Of a stretch of 64,000 nucleotides of DNA, positions 29,500-38,712 are shown piece after piece. The stretch lies in assembly GCA_963804645.1 (NCBI GenBank), contig CAWDRG010000001.1:32001-96000 (forward strand). The letters run 5' to 3'. Position 1 is the first letter of the stretch; the number at the start of each line of letters is the position of its first letter. The notes under the pieces were generated by a model, which ran no database searches, was not told where the DNA came from, and was given only the letters and a program-made list of their open reading frames with translations. The stretch is from an uncultured Bacillota bacterium (GTDB taxonomy: Bacteria > Sysuimicrobiota > Sysuimicrobiia > Sysuimicrobiales > Segetimicrobiaceae). Both the position numbers and the translations under genes were made by a program.

Positions 29500-30498
29500 A
29501 TGGTGACGGGCGCCGCAGGACTGGTGCGACAACGGAGTGTCCAGGTGGTGATCGTCGTCTGGCTCGCCAGCGTCCTTTTTGTCGCGCTGCGCGGACGGAC
29601 GGTGCCCTTTGACTGGCCGAGCATGGTGGATATGGCCGCGGGCGCGCAGCTCATCAGCGCGAACGTACAGCTCCTGTGGGTGCTCTTCCTCATCGGGGTC
29701 GCCGTGTGGGTCACCCGACGGCGGGCGGTGATCGACCTGGCGTCGCGCGCACCGGCACCGGCCGCAAATCGCGCCGAACTGCTGTGGATGGCGGGGTATG
29801 CCGCGGCGGCCCAGGTGGTGGGGTTTGGACTCGGCCGCGTGGTCGGGGTCTATCCCATCAGCCTCCACTTGCCAGGGACGGTCTTCGGGATCAGTACATA
29901 CGTCTCACCGGTCGACGTGTATGCGTGGGTGGTCTACAACTTCGTGGTCTATGCATGCATCCCGTACGCGATGTTCCGAGCACGAGGCTACTCGAACGAA
30001 GCGCTCAACCTCACGTCGGCGGATCGCCGACAAGACCTGCTGCTGATCACGATCATCTTGGTCCTGGAGTCGGCCTTTGAACTGACCTTTATGCCGAAGA
30101 TCTTCGGCCTCAACCACCGCCAGCTGCTCGTCGGCATGCCGGCGACGTTCATCATCTACTTCGTCGGGACGTCGCTCCCCATCATGATCTTCATCTATGC
30201 CATCCTGCTTCCGAGGTACCTGAAGCTGACGGGGTCGATCGTCACCACGGTGATCCTCGGAGGCGCGACGTACGCGGTCCTGCATCTGTTCGAGGCCTGG
30301 ACGCTGTGGAGCTCGCCGAAGAATGTCGTCCTGTCGCTGATCTTCCTCATGTTCCAGTATTTCGGGCCGGGCATGGTCAAGTCCGTGCTCACCCTCCGCA
30401 CTGGGAATGCCTGGGTGCACGTCTGGTCGTATCACTCCCTCGCGCCGCACGTGTGGTTGGATACCCCACTGATCGTCAAGATCTTTCACATCAAGTAA
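29500..30498 (+). CDS. Polytopic membrane protein, divergent CPBP-like
   Basis: About 8-9 hydrophobic segments; YAVLH and HVWSYH motifs; GAGGT SD. Confidence 0.75.
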   Translation: MVTGAAGLVRQRSVQVVIVVWLASVLFVALRGRTVPFDWPSMVDMAAGAQLISANVQLLWVLFLIGVAVWVTRRRAVIDLASRAPAPAANRAELLWMAGYAAAAQVVGFGLGRVVGVYPISLHLPGTVFGISTYVSPVDVYAWVVYNFVVYACIPYAMFRARGYSNEALNLTSADRRQDLLLITIILVLESAFELTFMPKIFGLNHRQLLVGMPATFIIYFVGTSLPIMIFIYAILLPRYLKLTGSIVTTVILGGATYAVLHLFEAWTLWSSPKNVVLSLIFLMFQYFGPGMVKSVLTLRTGNAWVHVWSYHSLAPHVWLDTPLIVKIFHIK

Positions 30499-30568
30499 CA
30501 CGAGCCGGGGCACGCACGTAGGATGTCGTGCCGCGGTCGCGGCGGCGGGACGGGCGAGTCCGAGGCGC

Positions 30569-30889
30569 TCATCCGGACGCGTCTGACGTCACGCGCCGCA
30601 GAAACGTCCGTTCTTCCGCCACGATGAATCGCTGCGCTTCGGCAGTGCGGAAGTTCGCGAGACCGGCGGCGTCGGTCCGGAGACGGGCCCGATAGGCCTC
30701 ATAGGCCGCGAGGCTCTCAAACGAAATCAACCCGTACGCGATGTTGTTCGTGCCCTCGTGGGGGACCCAATAGCCGATCAGATCGCCGCCGCACTGCGGA
30801 ATGATCGTCAGCCAGGCGCGCGCGTAGGCTTCGAACGCGTCCCGCTGGTACGGGTCGAGTTGGTACCGAATGAACACCGTGATCTCCAT
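30569..30889 (-). CDS. NIPSNAP family protein
   Basis: IRYQLDP...IIP.CGG.L.GY..PHEG...[19 protein letters not shown]. Confidence 0.9.
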   Translation of the reverse strand: MEITVFIRYQLDPYQRDAFEAYARAWLTIIPQCGGDLIGYWVPHEGTNNIAYGLISFESLAAYEAYRARLRTDAAGLANFRTAEAQRFIVAEERTFLRRVTSDASG

Positions 30890-30963
30890 CCGAGCCTCCT
30901 GTCGCCGGTGAGCGTCTTCGCGCTCCCGGGAGTATCGTACGGGACCCCGCAGCGGCGCCGCGG

Positions 30964-31638
30964 TCAGCCCACCTCGGGCGTCGTCACCGGCGGATGATAC
31001 TGCGGCGCCTCCGCACGGTCCACCATGCTGTAGTCGCGAATCACCCGCACCATCCGGTGGCGGTCCGCCGCTGACGCGGCGGCGAGCCATGCGCGGGCCG
31101 CCTCCGCATCCCGCCACCAGCGCAGCCACAGGCGCGTGCCGGCATCGGCGAGCCCGTCGAACACGTCCCAGTCCACGAGCCCGGAAGGCGTGCCGCCGCG
31201 GTGCTCGTCGAGGGACGCCGCGCGCGGTTCCATCCCCGAGGCCGGTGCGCGGACAAGGGTCCGTTGGGTGACCGTCACGACCTTGGCGCTCCCCACGGCC
31301 GTCGCATCGAACCGCTGCCCGGGTGGGACGTGCCCCTGCGGCGCGGCCGTGTCGGCGGCGACCTCTCCGACGCGCAGATGATAGTCGTGAAACACCTCCG
31401 CGCGCCCCCGTTCCTGCATGCCGTGGTGCGCCGCACGCGTGCGCCACCGGATGAGGGCTTTTTCATCCCGCCACGTCGAGACCGAGACCACCCATCCGTC
31501 CCGCCGTCCGCTCCGGAAGCGCTCGTTGGCGAGAAAGCCGTCGACCTGCTCCAGTTCCGGCGTCAGCCATCGCGCGGAGCGCAGATAGTCGTCCCAGCGC
31601 TCGGGCTTCGGTTTGACTTCGAAGATCACCATGAACAC
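30964..31638 (-). CDS. Antibiotic biosynthesis monooxygenase family protein (two-domain)
   Basis: VIFEV, GFL.NERF, WRDE.AL..WR....H...Q..GR...F.DY.LRV, RV.RDY.M.DR.EAP. Confidence 0.85.
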   Translation of the reverse strand: MFMVIFEVKPKPERWDDYLRSARWLTPELEQVDGFLANERFRSGRRDGWVVSVSTWRDEKALIRWRTRAAHHGMQERGRAEVFHDYHLRVGEVAADTAAPQGHVPPGQRFDATAVGSAKVVTVTQRTLVRAPASGMEPRAASLDEHRGGTPSGLVDWDVFDGLADAGTRLWLRWWRDAEAARAWLAAASAADRHRMVRVIRDYSMVDRAEAPQYHPPVTTPEVG

Positions 31639-31694
31639 GTTGGGGCCCTCCCCGAGCGACGCGCGCACCGGTGAGCGCCGACCCGCGACACGGA

Positions 31695-32429
31695 TCACGC
31701 GGATCTGTCGGCCGCGTGCGACGCGCGCACGCCGAACACGCGGCCGATCGCCCGCCGCCCGCGATCCGTCAGCCGCACCGCGCGGTCCTCACGGCGGCGC
31801 ACAATCCAGTCGTGGGCAAGGAAGCACTCCTGCAGGGCCATGCCGAGACTCCCCGCGAGGTGGGGCCGCCGCTCCGTCCAATCCATGCACGCCCGGGCGA
31901 GCGGACGCCGCCGCCCGCGCAGCGCGGTCACGTCGATGCCGAGACCGTCGAAGAACCGCTCGCCGCGCGGCGTGACGCGAAACTCCGTGGCCTCGGCGCG
32001 CACGACGCCGCGGGCGACCAGCGCGTCCGTGACCGCGACGCCGAGCCGCCCCGCGAGGTGGTCGTAGCAGACGCGCGCCTCCCTCAGCCGCTCCATCGCG
32101 AGGCTCTGGCTGAGGGCGGCGATCCGCGGCGGGGCGGCGATCACCAGCAGCGCTTCGATCGCCCGCGCGACCTCGCGGGTGGCGAGCCGGTACAGCCGGT
32201 GGCGGCCCGACACGCGCACCGTCAGGAGCCCCCCATCGACGAGCCTCCGCAGATGGGCGCTCGCGGCCTGGGGAGACGCGCCGCCCCGGCGGGCGAGTTC
32301 CGCGGCCGGCAGCGCGCGGCCGTCGAGGAGGGCGACGAGCACCGCCGCGCGGGCGGGATGGCCGATGAGCGCGGCCGCGTCGGCGACGTTCGGATCGGAC
32401 GGATGGCGGGGCGAGCGATGACTCACCAT
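31695..32429 (-). CDS. ArsR/SmtB-family winged-helix regulator with CYDHLAG and C.DWTERR.H C-terminal domain
   Basis: AS.HL..L...GL...GRHR.YRL, CYDHLAGRLG, CMDWTERRPHLAG. Confidence 0.9.
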   Translation of the reverse strand: MVSHRSPRHPSDPNVADAAALIGHPARAAVLVALLDGRALPAAELARRGGASPQAASAHLRRLVDGGLLTVRVSGRHRLYRLATREVARAIEALLVIAAPPRIAALSQSLAMERLREARVCYDHLAGRLGVAVTDALVARGVVRAEATEFRVTPRGERFFDGLGIDVTALRGRRRPLARACMDWTERRPHLAGSLGMALQECFLAHDWIVRRREDRAVRLTDRGRRAIGRVFGVRASHAADRSA

Positions 32430-32507
32430 GGCCCTATTCTACGCCACCAACAGTTCACGGGACCGTGTACGATGCGTGCGCGCCGGCACGCCGCCCGGCG
32501 TCCGGCG

Positions 32508-33512
32508 CTACCGCAGCAGAAATCCGTCGGCCAGCGGATCGTCCTCGTCCAGCACGAACGTGTGATAGCCGGTCACAAACGCGCGTCCGGTGACCTCGGG
32601 TACGACCGCGGGATAGGCGCCGACGGCGGCCGCCTCGACCAGGCGCCCCGTGAACCGCGTCCCGACCAGGCTCTCGTTCACGAACGGCTGTCCGAGCGGG
32701 AGCACGCCGGCCGCGTGGTGCACGGCCATCAGCGCGGACGTGCAGGTCCCGCACGGCGACCGGTCGACTTCGCGCTCGGCGAAGACGGTCAGGCTCGTCT
32801 GATCCGCGCCGGGACGATGCGGGGGCCAGTAGGTGACGACGCCGTAGAGTCCCCGGATCTCCGGCTCGAAGGGGTGCACGACGTCGATCGCGGACTCGGT
32901 CGCGGCTTGAATCGCGGCGCTCGCGTCGACGAGGGCCCGCAGCGGCCCGGGGCGATTGCCGAGACCCGCGGCGGGGGCATCCACCAGCGCGTAAAACGCG
33001 CCGCCCCACCCCACCGTCACGCCGATCGTGCCGTAGCCCGGCACGACGACCGCGCGGGCGGCGTAGACGAAGCTCGGCACGTTCTGCATCGTCACGTCGA
33101 GCACGCGTCCGCGGGCGACGCGCGCGCGGGCGCGCACCAGCCCGGCCGGGGTATCGAGCGCGACGCGCGTCTCCGGCTCCGTCGCGGCAATCTGCCCGGT
33201 CTCGATCAACACGGTGACCAGCCCGATCACGCCGTGGCCGCACATCGTGCTGTATCCCTCGTTGTGCATGAACAGCACCCCGTACTGCGCGTCCGGGGTC
33301 ACGGGCGGGGTCACGACGCAGCCGTACATGTCCTGGTGACCGCGGGGCTCCCACATCAAAAACCGGCGGAGACCGTCGAGATGCTCGCGCATGTAGCGCC
33401 GGCGCGCCAGGATCGTGTCCCCCGGAAGGCGCGGCATGCCCCCCGTCACGATGCGGAGCGGTTCCCCGGCGGCGTGGCAGTCGATCGTCTGCATCACCCG
33501 GGTCTGGCTCAT
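32508..33512 (-). CDS. Proline racemase/hydroxyproline epimerase family protein (Cys/Cys)
   Basis: H..GEP.R, EPRGH..MYG, MCGH, DRSPCGT. Confidence 0.92.
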   Translation of the reverse strand: MSQTRVMQTIDCHAAGEPLRIVTGGMPRLPGDTILARRRYMREHLDGLRRFLMWEPRGHQDMYGCVVTPPVTPDAQYGVLFMHNEGYSTMCGHGVIGLVTVLIETGQIAATEPETRVALDTPAGLVRARARVARGRVLDVTMQNVPSFVYAARAVVVPGYGTIGVTVGWGGAFYALVDAPAAGLGNRPGPLRALVDASAAIQAATESAIDVVHPFEPEIRGLYGVVTYWPPHRPGADQTSLTVFAEREVDRSPCGTCTSALMAVHHAAGVLPLGQPFVNESLVGTRFTGRLVEAAAVGAYPAVVPEVTGRAFVTGYHTFVLDEDDPLADGFLLR

Positions 33513-33520
33513 GCCGGGGC

Positions 33521-33548
33521 ATTCGCCCTCCGGCCGCGCGTCTCCCGC
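33521..33548 (-). promoter_or_regulatory. Sigma-H-like promoter, possibly leaderless, for the proline racemase-family gene
   Basis: GCGGGA-N18-GAAT, 8 nt before the ATG. Confidence 0.5.
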
Positions 33549-33588
33549 GGGCAGGGACGTGCGGTGCCGACCGCCAACACACAGCGTC

Positions 33589-33960
33589 ATGACGCGCAAG
33601 TTCCTGACGCCCGACGAAGTCGCCCAACAGTTGCGGGTCCAGCCGGACGTGATCCGGCGGCTGCTGCGGCGCAGGGAACTGCCCGCGATCCGCGTCGGTC
33701 GCGCCTGGCGCGTGGAGGAGACCGAGTTCCAGCGCTGGATCACCCGCCGCCTCGTCCGCCCGACCGCCGGCGCGAACCGCGGCGATCCGTGCCTCTGCGG
33801 ATGCGAACAGCCGACGATGACGCGGGAGGCGCGGTTCCTCCCCGGCCATGACGGCAAGCTGATCCACCGACTCATGACCAAGGACGGGCTCACCTTCGAT
33901 GCGGCGCGCGCAAAGGTTCGGCGCCTGCAGCGGCCGCGGCAGCAGGTCGGCCTGTTCTAA
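33589..33960 (+). CDS. Excisionase-type HTH DNA-binding protein with C-terminal CxCGC...FxPGHD module
   Basis: FLTPDEVA..L.V.....R.LPAIRVG..WRV, then CLCGC...FLPGHD, ending QVGLF. Confidence 0.85.
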   Translation: MTRKFLTPDEVAQQLRVQPDVIRRLLRRRELPAIRVGRAWRVEETEFQRWITRRLVRPTAGANRGDPCLCGCEQPTMTREARFLPGHDGKLIHRLMTKDGLTFDAARAKVRRLQRPRQQVGLF

Positions 33961-33963
33961 CGA

Positions 33964-33992
33964 TTGCACTTTCGCCGCGCGCAGAGTATCCT
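33964..33992 (+). promoter_or_regulatory. Sigma70-type promoter for the XRE-GGCT pair
   Basis: TTGCAC-N17-TATCCT. Confidence 0.55.
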
Positions 33993-34078
33993 CGAAGCAG
34001 CGGCGGCCGCGTAAGCGGCCGTCGCTCGCCACCCAGAAGCCAAGGAGGACACCGCGTCGACTCGCGCGGTTAACGTCA

Positions 34079-34654
34079 ATGGAGAGACGATCGGTTGCTG
34101 ATCTACGGCGCGCGTTCGGGAAGCGGGTGCAGGAAGCCCGCCACGCGGCGCGGCTCAGTCAATCGCAGCTGGCTCGGCAGCTGGGCCTGCGCAGCGGCGT
34201 CGCCGTGGGCGACTGGGAACGCGGCAAGGCGCTGCCCAAGTTCGAGACGTTTCTCCGGATGTGCGACGCGCTCAACCAACCGCCGGCGTTCTTCGTCGAA
34301 GGGTATCGCGAGCGCCCGCACAAGGATCCGATGCAGGCGCTCCATCTCGCGCTCGAAGCCGGCGAGGCGAAGCACGCGCAGCGGCACCTCGAGGTCCTGC
34401 ACCGCCTCGAACATCTGCCGGTCGAGGTGGGGCGCAGCATCGCGCCCGAGGAACTCCGGTCCGCGCTCGAGCGGATGCGGTTCGAGGACGCGGTGCCCGT
34501 GGCCGAGGCCCGCCTGCGCGCGGCGCTGGGGCACCGACGCGGCGGCGGGGAGGACGTCGAGCGGACGGTGGCGCGCGAGGCGATCCGGCAGGGCTGGGAT
34601 GCCGCGCGCGAAGCCCTGCGCGACTGGCTTCAGCAGCGCGGACGGGTGGTGTGA
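34079..34654 (+). CDS. XRE-family HTH transcriptional regulator
   Basis: FGKRV..AR....LSQ..LA..LG......WERG...P. Confidence 0.85.
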   Translation: MERRSVADLRRAFGKRVQEARHAARLSQSQLARQLGLRSGVAVGDWERGKALPKFETFLRMCDALNQPPAFFVEGYRERPHKDPMQALHLALEAGEAKHAQRHLEVLHRLEHLPVEVGRSIAPEELRSALERMRFEDAVPVAEARLRAALGHRRGGGEDVERTVAREAIRQGWDAAREALRDWLQQRGRVV

Positions 34655-35049
34655 CCCGGCGGGTCACCACCCTGTTCGTGTACGGCACGCTCCAAGACGA
34701 CGCGCGGGTCCGCCGCATCGTCGGACGCCGGCTCGCGTGGCGGCCGGCGGAGCTTCGCGGTTACTACCGCACCCTCGACCCCACGATCGGCTATCCGGTG
34801 GTCCGCCGGCGCGCAGGCGCCCGCGTGCGGGGCCGGCTGCTCCTTGAGGTGACCGCCCGGACGCTCGCGGCCCTCGACGCCTACGAAGGCGACGCGTACC
34901 GCCGGGTGCGGGCGCGGGTCCGCCTGTCCGACGGGACGGCGGTGGAAACGCGCGTGTATGTGCCGGTCCGGTCCCCGCGGAGGGCCGGCGCGCGGATTAT
35001 GCGCCGCCGCCCCGGCCGTAGCGCTCGAGCGCCCCGCCGATCCGGGTGA
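34651..35049 (+). CDS. Gamma-glutamylcyclotransferase (AIG2-like) family protein
   Basis: LFVYGTL, LD.YEG..Y.R; GTGA overlap with the XRE gene. Confidence 0.85.
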   Translation: MTRRVTTLFVYGTLQDDARVRRIVGRRLAWRPAELRGYYRTLDPTIGYPVVRRRAGARVRGRLLLEVTARTLAALDAYEGDAYRRVRARVRLSDGTAVETRVYVPVRSPRRAGARIMRRRPGRSARAPRRSG

Positions 35050-36205
35050 GCGCTTCCTCGATCGCCTCGACCGAGTTCGCATAGCTCAACCGCAAGAACC
35101 CCCGTCCCTCCGCGCCGAACGCGGTCCCCGAGAGCACGGCGACGCCCGCCTCGCGCAGCAGGTAGTCCTGCAACCGGTCGGAGTCCGGATCGACCGCCCG
35201 CACGTTGGGGAACGCGTAGAAGGCGCCGTGGGGCTGCAGGCACGTGACGCCGGGCAGGCGGTTCAGGCCGGCGACGATCACGTCCCGGCGCCGCCGGAAC
35301 TCCGCGACCATCCGGTCGACGCAGTCCTGCGGCCCGCGCAGCGCGGCGATGCCCGCCATCTGCGTGAACGCGGCCGTGCACGAGTTGGAGTTGACCATCA
35401 GCTGCGCGACGCCCGCGGCCAGCTCCGGATCCATCACCCCGTACCCGAGCCGCCAGCCGGTCATCGCGTACGTCTTGCTGAAGCCGTCGAGTATCACCGT
35501 CTGCGCCGCCATCCCCGGCACCGACGCGATGCTCGCGAACGTCCGGTCGTACAGGATCCGTCCGTAGATCTCGTCGGAGAGCACGGTGATCGGCCGCCCG
35601 CGCACCATCTCCGCGATCGCCTCGACGTCCTGGCGCGAGAGCACGCCGGCCGTCGGATTGTGCGGGGAGTTCAGGATCACGAGCCGCGTCCGCGGCGACA
35701 GCAGCCGCCGCAGCTCCTCCGGATCGGCGCGGAACCCCCGCCCCTCGCGCAGCGCCCACGGCACGAGCCGCGCCCCGGCGAACCGCGCCACGGATTCGTA
35801 GATCGGGAACCCGGGATCCGGATAGATGACCTCGTCTCCGTGATCGACCAGGGCCAGGATCACGTAGAACATGATCGGCTTGCCCCCGGGCGTGATCACG
35901 ACCTGGTCCGCTCCCACCTCGATGCCGCGGGTGCGCCCGACGTACTCGGCGACCGCCTCGCGGGCCTCGAGGATCCCCGCCGTGGGCGTATAGTGCGTGT
36001 AGCCGTCCCGCAGCGCCCGGACCGCCGCCTCCTTGATGTGCGCCGGGGTGTCGAAGTCCGGTTCACCAATCTCGAGGTGCACGATCGACCGGCCCTGGGC
36101 CTCGAGCGCCTTCGCGCGCGCCAGCACCTCGAACGCCGTCTCGGTCCCGAGCAGCGACATCCGGCTGGCGAACTTGAGCCGTTCCGCGGGCACCCCGGCG
36201 CTCAC
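34997..36205 (-). CDS. PLP-dependent class I aminotransferase (aspartate aminotransferase-like)
   Basis: [29 protein letters not shown]. Confidence 0.93.
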   Translation of the reverse strand: MSAGVPAERLKFASRMSLLGTETAFEVLARAKALEAQGRSIVHLEIGEPDFDTPAHIKEAAVRALRDGYTHYTPTAGILEAREAVAEYVGRTRGIEVGADQVVITPGGKPIMFYVILALVDHGDEVIYPDPGFPIYESVARFAGARLVPWALREGRGFRADPEELRRLLSPRTRLVILNSPHNPTAGVLSRQDVEAIAEMVRGRPITVLSDEIYGRILYDRTFASIASVPGMAAQTVILDGFSKTYAMTGWRLGYGVMDPELAAGVAQLMVNSNSCTAAFTQMAGIAALRGPQDCVDRMVAEFRRRRDVIVAGLNRLPGVTCLQPHGAFYAFPNVRAVDPDSDRLQDYLLREAGVAVLSGTAFGAEGRGFLRLSYANSVEAIEEALTRIGGALERYGRGGGA

Positions 36206-37458
36206 GTCCCGACCTCCCACGATCCGAGGTACCGCTCCTGTTCCGGGGTCAGCGTGTCGATCCGCACGCCCGACGCCTCGAGTTTGACCTGGGCCACCTG
36301 CTGGTCGATCACCGCCGGCACGGAGTAGACCGCGGGCGGAAGCGACCGGCCCTCGCGCGCCAGATACTCCATCGTGAGCGCCTGATTGGCGAAGCTCATA
36401 TCCATCACCGCGGCCGGGTGCCCCTCGGCGGCGGCGAGGTTCACGAGGCGCCCCTCGGCGAGCACGTAGATCCGCCGGCCGTCCCGCAGACGAAACTCCT
36501 CGACGTTCGGCCGCACGGTCCGCCGGTCCTCGGCCAGGTCCGCGAGCGCCGATAGGTCCAGCTCGACGTCGAAGTGCCCCGAGTTGGCGACGAGCGCCCG
36601 GTCCTTCATCGCCTCGAAGTGCTCGCGCCGGACCACCGACGTATTCCCGGTGACGGTGATCACGATATCCGAGACCCGCGCGGCCTCCATCATCGGCATC
36701 ACCTGGTAGCCGTCCATGAGCGCCTCGAGCGCCCGCGTCGGGTCGACCTCGGTCACGATGACGTGTGCCCCCATCCCGTCCGCGCGCATCGCGAGCCCTC
36801 GGCCGCAGTTCCCGTAGCCGCAGACCGTGACCGTCCGCCCGGCCAGCAGGATGTTCGTGGCGCGGATCACCCCGTCCAGCGTGGACTGCCCGGTCCCGTA
36901 CCGGTTGTCGAAGAGATGCTTCGTCAGGGCGTCGTTCACGGCCACGATCGGATACTTGAGCACCCCGGCCTTGGCCATGCTGCGCAGCCGGATCACCCCC
37001 GTCGTCGTCTCCTCGCTCCCGGCCACGACGCCGCTCAGCAAGTCGGTGCGGTCGTGATGAATCGTGGAGACCAGGTCTGCGCCGTCGTCCATCGTCAGGT
37101 GGGGCTTCGTGTCGAGCGCCTGATGGATGTGGCGGTAATAGGTGTCGCGATCCTCACCCCGGCGCGCGAACACCGGCAGCCGCCACTCGGCGACGAGCGC
37201 CGCCGCGACGTCGTCCTGCGTGGACAGCGGGTTGCTGGCGCACAGCGCAACCTGGGCGCCGCCGTCCCGCAGGGCGCGCATCAGGTTCGCGGTCTCCGCG
37301 GTCACGTGCAGGCACGCCGCGATGCGAATCCCCGCGAGGGGTTTGTCCCGTGTAAAGCGCTCTCGGATCGCCCGCAGCACCGGCATCTCGCCGTCCGCCC
37401 ACGTGATCCGGTCGCACCCCGCAAGTGCCAAATCCATGTTCTGCACGTCGCTGGCCAC
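36202..37458 (-). CDS. ahcY: Adenosylhomocysteinase
   Basis: [50 protein letters not shown]. Confidence 0.97.
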   Translation of the reverse strand: MASDVQNMDLALAGCDRITWADGEMPVLRAIRERFTRDKPLAGIRIAACLHVTAETANLMRALRDGGAQVALCASNPLSTQDDVAAALVAEWRLPVFARRGEDRDTYYRHIHQALDTKPHLTMDDGADLVSTIHHDRTDLLSGVVAGSEETTTGVIRLRSMAKAGVLKYPIVAVNDALTKHLFDNRYGTGQSTLDGVIRATNILLAGRTVTVCGYGNCGRGLAMRADGMGAHVIVTEVDPTRALEALMDGYQVMPMMEAARVSDIVITVTGNTSVVRREHFEAMKDRALVANSGHFDVELDLSALADLAEDRRTVRPNVEEFRLRDGRRIYVLAEGRLVNLAAAEGHPAAVMDMSFANQALTMEYLAREGRSLPPAVYSVPAVIDQQVAQVKLEASGVRIDTLTPEQERYLGSWEVGT

Positions 37459-37530
37459 CCATCCACCTCCGTGAAGCCGCTGGCGCCCCGTCCTGCCGCG
37501 CCGTCCTGATCGGTGCCTTCGTATCATGTC

Positions 37531-37558
37531 ATTCTTGGCGGCATCCGACCAGTCCCCC
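37531..37558 (-). promoter_or_regulatory. Sigma-H-like promoter upstream of ahcY
   Basis: GGGGGA-N18-GAAT. Confidence 0.5.
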
Positions 37559-37671
37559 CGGCGGGGCCCGCCCGGCGGGCCGCCCGGCCCGATGAAATAA
37601 CGGACGGCCCGAAACGCGTTGTAGATGTATGCGGCGCAGAAGCGCCGCGACCACGATGGGAGAGACAGTCG

Positions 37672-38712
37672 ATGACAGAGCTCATGCAGTTGCTCCACCC
37701 CAACGAAGACCGAGACACGTCACGCGTGCCCGAGACGGCCCCGATCGATGAAGCGGCCGCGCTGGACGCGTACTCGCAGACGGTCACCAGGGCGGTCGAC
37801 CAGCTCGGGCCGGCGGTGGTCAGCCTGGGGGTCGCGCGCCACGCGCCCGAGCGGCTCCGGCGGCGCGGCCTGCCGGAACTTCGGGGCAGCGGGAGCGGGG
37901 TCGTGATCGCGCCCGACGGGTACATCCTGACCAACAGCCACGTCGTGCACGAGGCGCACCGCGTCGAGGCGCGCCTGCCCGACGGCCGCACGCTGCGGGG
38001 CGACGTCGTGGGGGACGATCCGGCGAGCGACCTGGCCCTCGTGCGGGTGGCGGACGGCCACCTTGCGACCGCCACGCTCGGCGACTCGTCCCGGCTCCGG
38101 GTCGGCCAACTGGTCGTGGCCGTGGGCAATCCGCTCGGCTTTCAGGCGACCGTGACCGCGGGCGTGATCAGCGCGCTCGGCCGCACGCTGCGTGCGGAGA
38201 GCGGGCGTCTGATCGACAACGTGATTCAGACCGACGCCGCCCTAAACCCCGGGAACTCCGGCGGCCCGCTCGCGGACGCGCGGGGGCTCGTGATCGGTAT
38301 CAACACTGCGATCATCGCCGGATCCCAGGGGCTGTGCTTCGCCGTCCCGGTAAACACCGCGATCTGGGTCGCCTCGCAGCTGATCCAGCGCGGGCGGGTG
38401 GAGCGGGGCTATCTCGGCGTCTCGGCCGAGACGTTCAAGCTCGACCGGCGCATCGCGGTCGCGTCCCGGATCGAGGCCCCCACGGCGGTCCGACTGACCG
38501 AGGTGCAGCCCGGCAGCGCCGCGGCGGCGGCGGGACTCCGCGTCGGGGACCTCGTGGTGCGCGCCAACGACCGGCCGATCGCGACGATGGACGACCTCCT
38601 GCTCGCCCTCGGCGGGCACCCGGCGGGCGCCGTCCTCACGGTGGAAGTGCTTCGCGGCGACGGCCGCCACGCGATCGAGACCCATCCGACCGCGATGCCG
38701 ACGGCCTCCTAA
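37672..38712 (+). CDS. HtrA/DegP-like trypsin serine protease with a single PDZ domain
   Basis: [21 protein letters not shown] triad; C-terminal PDZ. Confidence 0.92.
   Translation: MTELMQLLHPNEDRDTSRVPETAPIDEAAALDAYSQTVTRAVDQLGPAVVSLGVARHAPERLRRRGLPELRGSGSGVVIAPDGYILTNSHVVHEAHRVEARLPDGRTLRGDVVGDDPASDLALVRVADGHLATATLGDSSRLRVGQLVVAVGNPLGFQATVTAGVISALGRTLRAESGRLIDNVIQTDAALNPGNSGGPLADARGLVIGINTAIIAGSQGLCFAVPVNTAIWVASQLIQRGRVERGYLGVSAETFKLDRRIAVASRIEAPTAVRLTEVQPGSAAAAAGLRVGDLVVRANDRPIATMDDLLLALGGHPAGAVLTVEVLRGDGRHAIETHPTAMPTAS

Noticed and set aside
33589..34654. Prophage or ICE control region (excisionase plus XRE)
   Set aside because: The genes are co-oriented, flanked by housekeeping genes, and lack integrase, att sites or phage genes
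34997..35049. 53-nt convergent overlap of the GGCT and aminotransferase genes
   Set aside because: Low-complexity C-terminal run-on, which is common in high-GC genomes
37459..37530. Possible SAH riboswitch in the ahcY leader
   Set aside because: I could not find the conserved GAGGAGCG...CAGGCTC...CGCTC core; only a CGCCAG fragment is present
37593..37630. ECF-type promoter upstream of the HtrA gene sharing AAACGCG..TGTAGA with 40129-40143
   Set aside because: Spacing differs between the two sites, and two examples are too few
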